Assembly (NCBI GenBank): GCA_964629655.1
Contig: CAZVQU010000002.1
Location: 162,814-226,813 of the forward strand
Direction of reading: 5' to 3'
Length of the DNA: 64,000 nucleotides
DNA from: an uncultured Planctomycetia bacterium
GTDB lineage: Bacteria; Omnitrophota; Gorgyraeia; Duberdicusellales; 4484-171
Shown: piece by piece, positions 18,101 to 26,307 of the stretch
How the letters are laid out: each line of letters starts with the position of its first letter
Position numbering within the stretch: position 1 is the first letter of the stretch
Translations under genes and position numbers: made by a program
Notes under the pieces: generated by a model
What the model saw: the letters and a program-made list of their open reading frames with translations, nothing else
Told to the model about the DNA's origin: nothing
Databases searched by the model: none

Positions 18101-18343
18101 CTTTTTCATAACAGAGCTGCGGACCTTAATTTTTTCTAAAGCGGCAAGCTCAGCCTTATAGTCAAAAACTTTTTTCCTTAAGGATTGACTCTTATCGGTT
18201 AGGTCTACGATTCTCTTCTCGATAGCCCGGACTTGAACTTTTTCTTTAGTCTTTTTCCTGGCATCTTTGGCATCTTCGCTGTTTAAGGAGTAGACAACAA
18301 GGACTATAGCTGAAGCAATAAGTATCGAGGCAAAAATAATCAT
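15179..18343 (-). CDS. Elongation factor G homolog fused to a ~365-aa N-terminal extension (TM helix + K/E-rich coiled coil)
   Basis: Residues ~366-1054 are a full EF-G ([33 protein letters not shown]-prime, domains II-V). Residues 1-365 are [20 protein letters not shown] (TM) followed by heptad-rich KE repeats. No in-frame ATG/GTG/TTG start precedes the EF-G core. Confidence 0.75.
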   Translation of the reverse strand: MIIFASILIASAIVLVVYSLNSEDAKDARKKTKEKVQVRAIEKRIVDLTDKSQSLRKKVFDYKAELAALEKIKVRSSVMKKELENLKKKEAELREKDKQSKKWLTYQQKLLKKEKGPERELRKSLLDKEKQLEQEFTKNVNLKRDVSDAHREVKLLEGNIKSLKDERGALEKKIKSADERMVKVVGDLRAQKEEVAKLRKREKESGWVSKEEYNSLVEEKEELKQHLEISKKEVELRSKEIEAKDKERMRLAHQLKEQGIEPIVEVSIKQEKAKEEEEKKTAEVLPSEVKEEVLAAEVTKPQEVVEEKKEEKPKEEVKAEESKEKVKEKPKKRPEQSPERSEGEVPPKAGKEEPPLVRKNDLAKLRNIGIMAHIDAGKTTLTERILFYTGRSHKIGEVHDGAAQMDWMKQEQERGITITSAATTCIWGDYRVSIIDTPGHVDFTAEVERSLRVLDGAVAVFCAVGGVEPQSETVWRQSDKYEVPKIVFVNKMDRMGADFFAVLGSIEKELGANALALQIPIGAEENFKGVIDLITMKAYVYEDDTLGNDFKVEEIPQEYKDTCDKYRHTLLEKAAAEDSLLTEKYLKDEKSITEEELKKAIRKGAIARKIVPVLCGSAFKNKGVQSLLDAVTLYLPSPLDIPPIQGHDASDSENKLQRKPSDQEPFSALAFKIQADQHIGKLVYIRVYSGYLKAGTYIYNATKEKKERVGRIVQMHANQRENLDAVFTGDIAAVVGLSSTLTGDTLTNPESPIILESIEFSEPVISISIRPDSRSEQDKLSKGLAKLSEEDPTFKAHIDEETSETILSGMGELHLEIIVDRLKEEFKVSATVGQPKVAYKEAILNSITEEYKHIKQTGGRGQYGHVVIELSPNAPGEGFEFEDAITGGVIPRNYIPAVEKGIIEAMKQGPCAGYPVVDVKVKLVDGSYHDVDSSELAFKLTARSCFKSAFMKCDPVLLEPCMELEINAPDEYTSNLVGYVCSKRGKILGMETKGTQKTIMAEAPLSEMFGYATNMRSLSSGRANCSMHFKKYTQVPKEIAKRIIEEKEQAKKKD

Positions 18344-18371
18344 TATGTCTTAGAAAAGCTTATTCTGATTC

Positions 18372-18818
18372 TTAATCCCTGGCAATAGAACGAACGATAT
18401 CTTTCTTGGTGATTACTCCTACTAGTTTACCTGCCTCTGCCACTGGGCAGTAGTAACTAGCCTTCTCAATCATAGCTGTGGCAGCATCTTCAACGCTCGT
18501 CTCAGGGCTTAGGATAACAATGTCTTTTTCTAGAATATCAGCAACTTTAGTAGCAGTAACCTTTTTTATCTCTTCTTCGTACTTTTTCATCCCTAAGGTC
18601 AGAAATCCTAGGGAAATATGCAAAAATGTAGGCAAGTGGACCTTTTTGTCCTGAAAAATTACCCCTTCCTCTTGGACAATGCCCAATAAGACACCGTTAT
18701 TATCTACTACCGGAGCACCACTTATATTCTTTTCAATAAATAATTCTGCTAAGGCATGCACATTTGTAGCTGGGGTAACAGCAATCGGGTCTGTGGTCAT
18801 TATATCCTTTACCTGCAT
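18372..18818 (-). CDS. CBS-domain pair protein
   Basis: Two CBS motifs (DIMTTDPIAV...; ...LVGVITKKDIVRSI); 148 aa. Confidence 0.75.
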   Translation of the reverse strand: MQVKDIMTTDPIAVTPATNVHALAELFIEKNISGAPVVDNNGVLLGIVQEEGVIFQDKKVHLPTFLHISLGFLTLGMKKYEEEIKKVTATKVADILEKDIVILSPETSVEDAATAMIEKASYYCPVAEAGKLVGVITKKDIVRSIARD

Positions 18819-18928
18819 CTGGCCTCCTTTAATAATCCCGAAAAGGTCGGGGGAATTAAACCCTGAACATCACCGAAGGGCCTAAATTAATATTTACTTA
18901 AAATTATATCACATATTTGCAGAAATTA

Positions 18929-18937
18929 TGATATAAT
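18929..18937 (+). promoter_or_regulatory. Putative extended -10 element (TGaTATAAT) for the only plus-strand gene
   Basis: TGnTATAAT at 18929-18937, 9 nt before the ATG at 18947, implying a leaderless or near-leaderless transcript. Confidence 0.3.
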
Positions 18938-18946
18938 CTCTGCATT

Positions 18947-19393
18947 ATGCTGGAAGATAAGATTTACCAGGATTACACTCAGGCTCTTAGGGCTAAAGAT
19001 AGGCAAAAAATTGATTTCTTAAGCCTTATCCGGGCTGATATAAAAAATCAGGCTATTGACCTCAAAAAAGATAAGCTTGAGGATGCAGAAGTCTTGGCAG
19101 TATTGAAAAAAGCCCAGAAAAAGCTTCAAGATGCTAAAGAAAGCATTGCTAAATCTGAACGTACTGATCTCCTCGAAGGCCTAGAGAAAGAACTTGCTAT
19201 CGTAGGAGAATATCTGCCTAAACCTCTCGAAGATGCTCAAATTCTAGAAATTGTTAATACAGTAATAAGTGAGCTTTCAGCCTCTTCAATGAAAGATATG
19301 GGCAAAGTCATGAAAGAAACCTTAGCCAGGGTAGGTGTTCGAGCTGATTCCAAAAAGGTAAGTCGCCTGGTTAAAGAAAAACTCTCCTCTTAA
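18947..19393 (+). CDS. GatB/YqeY-domain protein
   Basis: 148 aa; YqeY-like helical protein (ALRAKD...LSLIRADIKNQAID...EYLPKPL...); only plus-strand gene in the window. Confidence 0.7.
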   Translation: MLEDKIYQDYTQALRAKDRQKIDFLSLIRADIKNQAIDLKKDKLEDAEVLAVLKKAQKKLQDAKESIAKSERTDLLEGLEKELAIVGEYLPKPLEDAQILEIVNTVISELSASSMKDMGKVMKETLARVGVRADSKKVSRLVKEKLSS

Positions 19394-19412
19394 ACTAATC
19401 TTTATTTAAATT

Positions 19413-19709
19413 TTAAGAAGCTAAATCCTTAAAGAGTTCTTCTACGAATTCAACTACAGGGTGGGTATTTTTTTCTTTCGCCTTGGCAATAAGGTAGGCT
19501 AACTTCTGAGGCTGCTCTATCTCCTTGCGTATCTTATCCAAGTCAAAATCAACCTCTTGGTCAAAGTATTTAACTAAATCAATAAGAAAGTCGTCGCAGG
19601 TATATCCGGTTTTATAGTCTCCTAGTTGACTCAACTTAAAACTTTTAGCTTGGCGCTGAAACCGGATTTCTCTACCTTCGCTGTCAAAGGCCTTCTTGTC
19701 ATCTTCCAT
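19413..19709 (-). CDS. Hypothetical protein (98 aa, acidic)
   Basis: Intact ORF; no recognisable motif. Confidence 0.4.
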   Translation of the reverse strand: MEDDKKAFDSEGREIRFQRQAKSFKLSQLGDYKTGYTCDDFLIDLVKYFDQEVDFDLDKIRKEIEQPQKLAYLIAKAKEKNTHPVVEFVEELFKDLAS

Positions 19710-19738
19710 CTTATTAAATCTTACCTAAAAAGGCTCTC

Positions 19739-19972
19739 TTACATCTTAGCTAAAGCTTCCTGAATCAAAGGCAAGATCCCTTCGGCTTCGTCTTTAGCTA
19801 AACGACCTAACTTAGTGAATCTATATTCACCTTCATTAGTTTGATTCTCTCGGGTAATCTGCAGCTTCTTAACTCCCTTATTGTAAGAGTAAACGCTGAC
19901 AGTAATCTTAGTTCCCTCACCCTCCCAAGCGCTAGAAAACAATTGTTCGTCTAAACTACCATCGTATGGCAT
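19739..19972 (-). CDS. Hypothetical small protein, possibly PC4/YdbC-like ssDNA-binding fold
   Basis: 77 aa; KITVSVYSYNKGVKKLQITRE...GEYRFTKLGRLAKDEAEGILPLIQ pattern resembles bacterial PC4-like proteins; weak. Confidence 0.35.
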   Translation of the reverse strand: MPYDGSLDEQLFSSAWEGEGTKITVSVYSYNKGVKKLQITRENQTNEGEYRFTKLGRLAKDEAEGILPLIQEALAKM

Positions 19973-20060
19973 ATGCCCTCCTTTATTATCCTAAGCCAGT
20001 AAAATCACTTTCTTATATTCTAACCAAAGACTTTTCCTTGTCAAGGTTATCTAGGAATTG

Positions 20061-20777
20061 CTAACAGCTAGGACGAGTAAGATGTTTTTCTACGAATTCG
20101 GCAATTTTCTCTTGTTTCTCAGGAGTTATGTTGTGAAATTCTAAACCCATCCCTGGATAATCCTCAGACTGAATCTCTTCATCAGCTAGCCAAACCACCT
20201 TAACATCAGCTTCTATGGTTCCTGTCTGAGGTTGAAGATCCATCCGGGTAACTAATAACTCTCCTATCGAGAATATCTTGTTGCTAACTATAAATACTCC
20301 TTCGGCGCTTAAATTTACTATTTTACCCTCATGGAATGGTTCATCCTTAAGAAGTTTTTGTCTGTATTCAATAGCAGTATCAAAAGGTATCCGCTCGAAC
20401 CTCCTTCTTAAAGGATCCTGAGCTAAACGTTCCATCTCTCGCTCATGCTTAATCGCTTCTAAGGCTTGCTCTTCGCTAATATGAAATTTAAAGATTCTAT
20501 CCATGCCAACAATTGAGAATAGCCTCATTACATGCGAAGGAACATTATATAACTCAATTTTTCCCTTATGGTTTAAGACATTCTTATATATAACTGAAAT
20601 CAAAGACACTCCTACGTAATCGACTAAGTTTACGCTTTCAAAATTACAAATTATATCTTTAGCCTGGTGGTTGAGAACCCATCCTACAGTCTCAACAAAA
20701 TCTGAGGCATCAATACCAATGCTACCTTCTAACTCTAAGATTGCTACCCCTTCTTTTATTTTAATCTTAATTCTCAT
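20061..20777 (-). CDS. STAS (anti-sigma-factor antagonist SpoIIAA-like) domain fused to a C-terminal PilZ (c-di-GMP-binding) domain
   Basis: N-terminal STAS fold (EGVAILELEGSIGIDASDF...YVGVSLISVI); C-terminal PilZ with RRRFERIP (RxxxR) and VNLSAEG (D/NxSxxG); 238 aa; 4-nt overlap with uppP. Confidence 0.7.
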   Translation of the reverse strand: MRIKIKIKEGVAILELEGSIGIDASDFVETVGWVLNHQAKDIICNFESVNLVDYVGVSLISVIYKNVLNHKGKIELYNVPSHVMRLFSIVGMDRIFKFHISEEQALEAIKHEREMERLAQDPLRRRFERIPFDTAIEYRQKLLKDEPFHEGKIVNLSAEGVFIVSNKIFSIGELLVTRMDLQPQTGTIEADVKVVWLADEEIQSEDYPGMGLEFHNITPEKQEKIAEFVEKHLTRPSC

Positions 20778-21529
20778 ACGATTAGAGTAAGTAACGCCAG
20801 CAATAAACAGTAGTAAGCGAAGTTCTTAAACCTCCTGCTTATTAAAGTTCTTTTAACTAAACTCAAAGCGATTAATCCGAAAACAAAAGCAACTATGAAT
20901 CCCAAACCCATATTTTTCAAAGCAAAATTAGGCGAAGCCATCTCCTTAGAGATACTCTGGCCCAATCCTTTAAACTCAATAAAAAAAGCACCGACGATAA
21001 GAGGAATTGCCATTAAAAAAGAAAGAATAAAAGCTTCGCTACGTTTAAAACCTCTTCTTAATAACCCGACAATAGTGATACCAGAACGGGATACTCCCGG
21101 TAAGGGAGAAAGTCCCTGCAAAAGCCCTAAGAAAAGAATATCTTTGAACTTTATACTACCAATATCTCTTTGGCCCGAAGAAGGCCGAATACTAAGCAAT
21201 ATTCCGGCATTAGCTAGAAAACAAAAAGTCAGCATGAGGGTAGTGTCGAAGAGCTCCTTAAGATAAAATCTAATCCCTAACCCCATAATCCCGCTTATTA
21301 AGGTTATTAGGAGAATGCTCAGTAGAATCCTCACTTTACAAAATAGTTTAATCTTCTTGAAAAAAAAGACAATTATAGCCAGGAGTGTTGCTAAGTGTAG
21401 AAAAACAAAAAAGGGAAGATGATCTCCCCTTATTCTTAGTAATTTTTGTATGAGAAATAAATGGCCGGAGCTGCTTATCGGCAGGAATTCAGTTACCCCC
21501 TGCACAATACCAAGAAATATCAATTTCAC
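20774..21529 (-). CDS. uppP: Undecaprenyl-diphosphatase
   Basis: GIVQGVTEFLPISSSGHLFLIQ signature, 8 TM; 251 aa. Confidence 0.85.
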   Translation of the reverse strand: MKLIFLGIVQGVTEFLPISSSGHLFLIQKLLRIRGDHLPFFVFLHLATLLAIIVFFFKKIKLFCKVRILLSILLITLISGIMGLGIRFYLKELFDTTLMLTFCFLANAGILLSIRPSSGQRDIGSIKFKDILFLGLLQGLSPLPGVSRSGITIVGLLRRGFKRSEAFILSFLMAIPLIVGAFFIEFKGLGQSISKEMASPNFALKNMGLGFIVAFVFGLIALSLVKRTLISRRFKNFAYYCLLLALLTLIV

Positions 21530-21533
21530 TGGA

Positions 21534-22901
21534 TTAACCCTTTAAAAGAAGATAGCCTAGAAATCCCAAAACACCCAAACCAACGACTACGCATAAGTAC
21601 TCCAGAAAACCTGAATCATTCTTCTCTAATGGCGCCCCGTCAAGAGAATAAGATGTCTCTCCTGACGACTCCTGGCTCTCTTCAGCTTCCTCTAAAGGTA
21701 TTTCTTTTTCTTTCGACGCCGGTTCTTCCAATCCCTCTTCTTCAAGTTCTATAGCGGCTTCTGGTGAAGGTTCGGGCACCTCTTCGGCTTTTTTTACTTC
21801 CTTCTTTTCTTCTATTACCTCTTCCACCTTTTCCTCTTCCAAGGAAAGCTCTGCTTTCTCTTCCAAGGGAGGTTCGGCCTTGGCTTCTTCCTTATCCTGA
21901 ATGACAACAGGCTCTGCCTCTTGGGGTTTCTCTCCGGGGTCTCCCTTGCCTAGCTCAGGTTTTCCTAAGATATCATCAACCTTATCCAAAGAAGCTTCGA
22001 TGTCCTCTCCGGGGAAATACTCTATATCTTCTTCCTTCTCGCTTTCATCCTTCGGCTTCACTTCCAAGGACTCCCCTTGGCTTTGGTCCTCTTTAAGAGG
22101 AACTTGCTCTTCTCTAATCTCAGGAGTTTGCTCCGGTTGTTCTTCCTCTATCTCTCTGACTTCAGAAACTGGTATTTCTTCTTCCTTTATTTCTTCCGTT
22201 GCTTCTTCAGCCTTCTTCTCTTCCAAGGGAGGTTCGACCTTGGCTTCTTCCTTATCCTGAATGACAACAGGCTCTGCCTCCTGGGGTTTATCTCCGGGGT
22301 CTCCCTTGCCTAGCTCAGGTTTTCCTAAGATATCATCAACCTTATCCAAAGAAGCTTCGATGTCCTCTCCGGGGAAATACTCTATATCTTCTTCCTTCTC
22401 GCTTTCATCCTTCGGCTTCACTTCCAAGGACTCCCCTTGGCTTTGGTCCTCTTTAAGAGGAACTTGCTCTTCTCTAATCTCAGGAGTTTGCTCCGGTTGT
22501 TCTTCCTCTATCTCTCTGACTTCAGAAACTGGTATTTCTTCTTCCTTTATTTCTTCCGTTGCTTCTTCAGCCTTCTTCTCTTCCAAGGGAGGTTCGACCT
22601 TGGCTTCTTCCTTATCCTGAATGACAACAGGCTCTGCCTCCTGGGGTTTATCTTCCTCAAGAGAAGGCTTCGCCTCCTCTTTTACCTTTTCCTCTTCCGG
22701 AGAGAGAGATTCTGGCTGCGCTTGGGCAGAAACCTCTGCTGCTTCTTCAACTTCTGAAACTTTATCCATTAACTCGCCTAAAACTGTGCGGCAATCATGG
22801 CAAACGCAAAGATGCTCCTCTACCGTTTGGATTTCTTCCTCACTGGCAGTATGCTGGAAGTACCTAGGAATTACTCTCTTAATCTCTTCGCACTCCATCA
22901 A
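21534..22901 (-). CDS. Membrane-anchored anti-sigma factor-like protein: N-terminal zf-HC2 domain, ~380-aa acidic E/K/P-rich repetitive linker, C-terminal TM helix
   Basis: CEEIKRVIPRYF...EEHLCVCHDCRTVLGEL matches the zf-HC2 anti-sigma zinc finger; C-terminal LEYLCVVVGLGVLGFLGYLLL; contains 2.2 tandem copies of a 120-aa repeat. Confidence 0.65.
   Translation of the reverse strand: MMECEEIKRVIPRYFQHTASEEEIQTVEEHLCVCHDCRTVLGELMDKVSEVEEAAEVSAQAQPESLSPEEEKVKEEAKPSLEEDKPQEAEPVVIQDKEEAKVEPPLEEKKAEEATEEIKEEEIPVSEVREIEEEQPEQTPEIREEQVPLKEDQSQGESLEVKPKDESEKEEDIEYFPGEDIEASLDKVDDILGKPELGKGDPGDKPQEAEPVVIQDKEEAKVEPPLEEKKAEEATEEIKEEEIPVSEVREIEEEQPEQTPEIREEQVPLKEDQSQGESLEVKPKDESEKEEDIEYFPGEDIEASLDKVDDILGKPELGKGDPGEKPQEAEPVVIQDKEEAKAEPPLEEKAELSLEEEKVEEVIEEKKEVKKAEEVPEPSPEAAIELEEEGLEEPASKEKEIPLEEAEESQESSGETSYSLDGAPLEKNDSGFLEYLCVVVGLGVLGFLGYLLLKG
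21857..22653. repeat. Direct tandem repeat, 360-bp unit, 2.2 copies, ~99% identical, in-frame inside the anti-sigma-like gene
   Basis: Anchor CTTGGCTTCTTCCTTATCCTGAATGACAACAGGCTCTGCCTC recurs at 21879, 22239 and 22599 (period exactly 360). Copies differ by 2-3 SNPs; the third copy diverges at ~22654. Confidence 0.9.
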
Positions 22902-22979
22902 AAATATTATATCAAAGACAACGAATATTACAAGACGATAATTCCTACGATTTTTAAAAAAGGCAAAAAAGAGGGGTTT

Positions 22980-23648
22980 TCAGAGTGGTATTAAGTCGCA
23001 ATAATAAAAACGTTCATCCCGCAAGATGACTTCACCTAATTTATAAGGTATTTTTTCTTTGAATATCGGGCCATCATAAACAAAAGAGTGAAATTCGCCA
23101 TTCTCACCGCAGGGATCAATACTCACTGGAAGTTGAGATAGAAAATCCTGGTCAAATTCTCTACCCACGAACTCCTTTCCCAGAATTCTTGAATCAACGC
23201 AAGTGATAACCGCTTTAAAGCCTGAGGCTATGAAACTTTGAGCAAGAGATTTGGTATTTCTCTGCCACAAAGGAAAAATTGCCTTCAAACCTACTTTTGA
23301 TAGCTTATCCTCGCGATATTTGCGAATATCCTCTAAGAATATATCGCCAAAAGCTACTTGGAAAGCGCCGCTTTGCTTACATTCCTCTAAGGCCTTGCGC
23401 ATTTTTGTTTCATATTCCTGACTAGACCGGGCCTTTGAGATAAGTACTTTTTTCAGCTCAATCCCGATTGATACAGCTTGCTTCTCCAACAATGCTTCCC
23501 GGACACCATGCATGCTAATTCTACCGTAATCGTTAGTTACAGTTGTCAGGAGGGAAAAAATATCATAGTTTCCGCTTTTTTGGGCCTCATAGAAAGCCAT
23601 GGCACTGTCTTTACCACTACTCCAACAAAATAATATTCTTTGTTTCAT
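22980..23648 (-). CDS. PP-loop ATP pyrophosphatase of the Dph6/MJ0570 (DUF71, ATP_bind_4) family, paralog A
   Basis: N-terminal SSGKDS PP-loop, C-terminal ENGEFHSFVYDGPIF signature; 222 aa; last gene of the B12-riboswitch operon. Confidence 0.7.
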   Translation of the reverse strand: MKQRILFCWSSGKDSAMAFYEAQKSGNYDIFSLLTTVTNDYGRISMHGVREALLEKQAVSIGIELKKVLISKARSSQEYETKMRKALEECKQSGAFQVAFGDIFLEDIRKYREDKLSKVGLKAIFPLWQRNTKSLAQSFIASGFKAVITCVDSRILGKEFVGREFDQDFLSQLPVSIDPCGENGEFHSFVYDGPIFKEKIPYKLGEVILRDERFYYCDLIPL

Positions 23649-23672
23649 TTACGGTTTTAAGAATAACTTAAT

Positions 23673-25541
23673 CTAAAACGTATATTTTGCCCCCAGATAC
23701 CAGGAAAATTTAGGAGTCTGGTAACCATTTGCAAGTTCATAATCATCGCTAAGAATATTTTCGAATCTTAAAAATGTATTGAGCTTATCATTTACTTTAT
23801 AATTAAAATCAACACCGCCTAAAATGTATGATTTCAATTTTACGTTAGATGAATCCATCCTGTTGCCCACGTAAGAAACATTAGCAGATATATCTAATTT
23901 TTTAAAGGCAGTTTTTATTTTACAGGTTACCTTACTGTTTGGCCTGCGAGTAAGCCGTGTTCCATCGGATAATTTTTCTGTATCCATATGGGCGTAGGCT
24001 ACAGTTAAAGTTGTATTATCGCCAAGCAAATATTCAGCAAAGCTCTCAATACCGTAAATTCTTGCTTTTCCAGTATTTTTATACTCCCCAGCCCAAAGAC
24101 CGGTTGAAACCCATTCTATAGAATTTTTAATATGGGTATGAAAATAAGTTGAGCCAAGGATTAAATACTCACCTAGCTCTTGCTCAAAGCCTGCTTCATA
24201 ACTTTCTGACTCTTCGGGATTCAAATTTTCATTTCCATAACTACCATTAAAAAGTTGATAGAGTGACGGGGCCTTAAATCCTTCTCCAAAAGAACCTTTT
24301 AGTTTTGTACCAGTCCCTTCTATGGAATAACTCCCTGAGAGGCTAAAAGTATTATGTCTGTTAAATTGTGAGTGATCTTCCAAACGGAAAGATGCAGCGA
24401 GAAATAGATTGTCAATAGGCGTAAAAATGTTTTCTATATAATATCCTTTAGTATTCGCTGTCGTCTTTGGGCCAAGAGAAATTCCAAAAGCGCTATCCCT
24501 ACGACTTTCGCCAAGTTCTCTTAGATAATCAAAGCCAAAAACAATCTGGTCAAAATCACAAAGTTGGTAATCTCCCTGCCATTTTGCTTGATAAGTTTTA
24601 CCATTATTCCACCCATGTGTTGTCGCGCTTTGCCAATCCTTCCGATAAGTTCGTGTATACCCAAAAATTGCCTTGTAAGAAAAACGGTCCGATAATTGAT
24701 GTTTTAAATTTATTCCTCCAACTCCTTGGTAAAAATATGCATAATTGTCGCCATCATCCGTAGGTAAATAAGGAGGGATCCCACTATTTGCGTCGTATTC
24801 GTACTTAGCATACGTATAATCCACAAGCAATCCCACATCAATATCGTTAGTTAGTATATAATCAAGCCTTAACGAAGAATTCAAATTATAGTAGGGATCC
24901 TTTTCATGATTTCCGTCTTTATATTTGCTAGAATAAAACCCATTCACGTCAGCTCTTGATACAGACAAAGAATAGCTTAGTTTATCTATCTCACCCTGGG
25001 AGGAAAGCTTTTCGCGATAAGTTTGGTAACTTCCAAATTCTTGGGTATACGAGAGAGTCGGTTTACCCTGACCTTTACGCGTTATAAGGCTGACGGTTCC
25101 GCCAATGGAATCTGAACCATACAAAGAGCTATAAGGGCCCTTTGATACTTCTATTGTCTCAAGATTATCAAGTGACATATAGGTATACCCATAAAAATAA
25201 GCCGCGGTAACAATCGGATCGTATAATTTTATGCCATCAAGCAAAACCTGGGTATGCTCAGAATCAGCACCTCTTATGAAAACTCCGGTAATCCCGCCTA
25301 CTCCTCCGGAAGTGGAATAGCTTACGCTAGGAATACCCTTTATCGCGTCGGTTAAAGTAAAAACCCCCTTGTCATTTAACCCTTCGGCCGAAATCACATC
25401 GGTTGACGAAGGATCCTGGGAAACGCTTACCCCTATCCTGTAAGGGGTAACTACAATTCCTTCTAACTCAATTGCTTCTTGAGCACTACAAAGCTGAACC
25501 GGGATAATTCCTAAAAGAAGAATAAGAAACTTTTTAATCAT
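23673..25541 (-). CDS. btuB: TonB-dependent outer-membrane receptor, BtuB-like (cobalamin/corrinoid)
   Basis: Signal peptide, TonB box GIVVTPY, plug domain (FIRGADSEHTQVLLDGIKL), 22-strand barrel ending in aromatic terminal YTF; 622 aa; in B12-riboswitch operon. Confidence 0.75.
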   Translation of the reverse strand: MIKKFLILLLGIIPVQLCSAQEAIELEGIVVTPYRIGVSVSQDPSSTDVISAEGLNDKGVFTLTDAIKGIPSVSYSTSGGVGGITGVFIRGADSEHTQVLLDGIKLYDPIVTAAYFYGYTYMSLDNLETIEVSKGPYSSLYGSDSIGGTVSLITRKGQGKPTLSYTQEFGSYQTYREKLSSQGEIDKLSYSLSVSRADVNGFYSSKYKDGNHEKDPYYNLNSSLRLDYILTNDIDVGLLVDYTYAKYEYDANSGIPPYLPTDDGDNYAYFYQGVGGINLKHQLSDRFSYKAIFGYTRTYRKDWQSATTHGWNNGKTYQAKWQGDYQLCDFDQIVFGFDYLRELGESRRDSAFGISLGPKTTANTKGYYIENIFTPIDNLFLAASFRLEDHSQFNRHNTFSLSGSYSIEGTGTKLKGSFGEGFKAPSLYQLFNGSYGNENLNPEESESYEAGFEQELGEYLILGSTYFHTHIKNSIEWVSTGLWAGEYKNTGKARIYGIESFAEYLLGDNTTLTVAYAHMDTEKLSDGTRLTRRPNSKVTCKIKTAFKKLDISANVSYVGNRMDSSNVKLKSYILGGVDFNYKVNDKLNTFLRFENILSDDYELANGYQTPKFSWYLGAKYTF

Positions 25542-25593
25542 ACCTGCCTCCGCTTAAATTGTGATTAACCTACCAGTATAATTTCACTCAGAC

Positions 25594-26307
25594 TTAAGAA
25601 ACGTCTATGAACCAATAACCGTCTTTTAAAACCTTTTGTTTTATCTCCAGATGCAGCGGCGAAGTAAAAATCGGACCGTCAGTAACAACACTATGAAACT
25701 CTCCGTTTTCACCACAGATATCAACACCGGCGACTTCCAACTGGTTAATTAAATCAGTGTCTATGTTTTTGCCTAAAAATCTTCTATCTAAAGAGTTTTC
25801 TTTAACAGCAATGATTGTAGCCTTAAATCCATCTTTGAGAAACTGCTTTAGAATCAAACCACGGGGTTTCTGCCAAAGAGGATGGTAGGCCTTAACCTGG
25901 GAATAAGAACATGCCTTTTCTACCCACTGACGGTGAGATTCGATATCGATGTCACCGAAAACACCGGTTTTAATTCCCTGCTCTTTGAGTTTGCCAAGGG
26001 CTGAGATGAAAACTGTCTCATAATTTATCCAGGAAGCAGCATGAAAAATCACCGGAATACCTAAAGCTGCCGCTTGCTTCTTAATCAGCCTAGTGCTTAA
26101 GCCATGAGACCGGGACCGCTTGCCGTCTTCAGTCAACATTGTTAAGAGCAGAGCCGGTTTGCCCCATTTTTTGATTGCATAATGCAGAGCCAGGCAACAA
26201 TCCTTTCCGCCACTCCATGAGCAGAAAAAAGAACGGCCTTTAGTTGGCCTTCTGCTCTTTTTAGCGATATCCTTTGTTTTACACAGAGTTAATTTTGCTA
26301 ACATCAT
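25594..26307 (-). CDS. PP-loop ATP pyrophosphatase of the Dph6/MJ0570 (DUF71) family, paralog B
   Basis: WSGGKDC PP-loop, C-terminal ENGEFHSVVTDGPIF; 237 aa; 4-nt overlap with upstream ABC ATPase gene. Confidence 0.7.
   Translation of the reverse strand: MMLAKLTLCKTKDIAKKSRRPTKGRSFFCSWSGGKDCCLALHYAIKKWGKPALLLTMLTEDGKRSRSHGLSTRLIKKQAAALGIPVIFHAASWINYETVFISALGKLKEQGIKTGVFGDIDIESHRQWVEKACSYSQVKAYHPLWQKPRGLILKQFLKDGFKATIIAVKENSLDRRFLGKNIDTDLINQLEVAGVDICGENGEFHSVVTDGPIFTSPLHLEIKQKVLKDGYWFIDVS

Noticed and set aside
15179-18343. Possibility that the EF-G gene is separate from the upstream coiled-coil ORF
   Set aside because: A continuous frame with no ATG/GTG/TTG start exists anywhere near the EF-G N-terminus (…[27 protein letters not shown]). 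It is kept as a fusion but flagged for read-level verification.
21857-22653. CRISPR array
   Set aside because: The repeat unit is 360 bp with no short spacer/repeat alternation, and it is protein-coding. No cas genes are in the window.
21901-22941. Plus-strand ORFs 21901-22260 and 22261-22620 (identical 119-aa Ser/Gly-rich products) and 22077-22313 / 22437-22757
   Set aside because: They lie antisense to the 360-bp tandem repeat within the anti-sigma-like gene. Their identity simply mirrors the repeat, and their composition is the complement of the E/K-rich sense strand.
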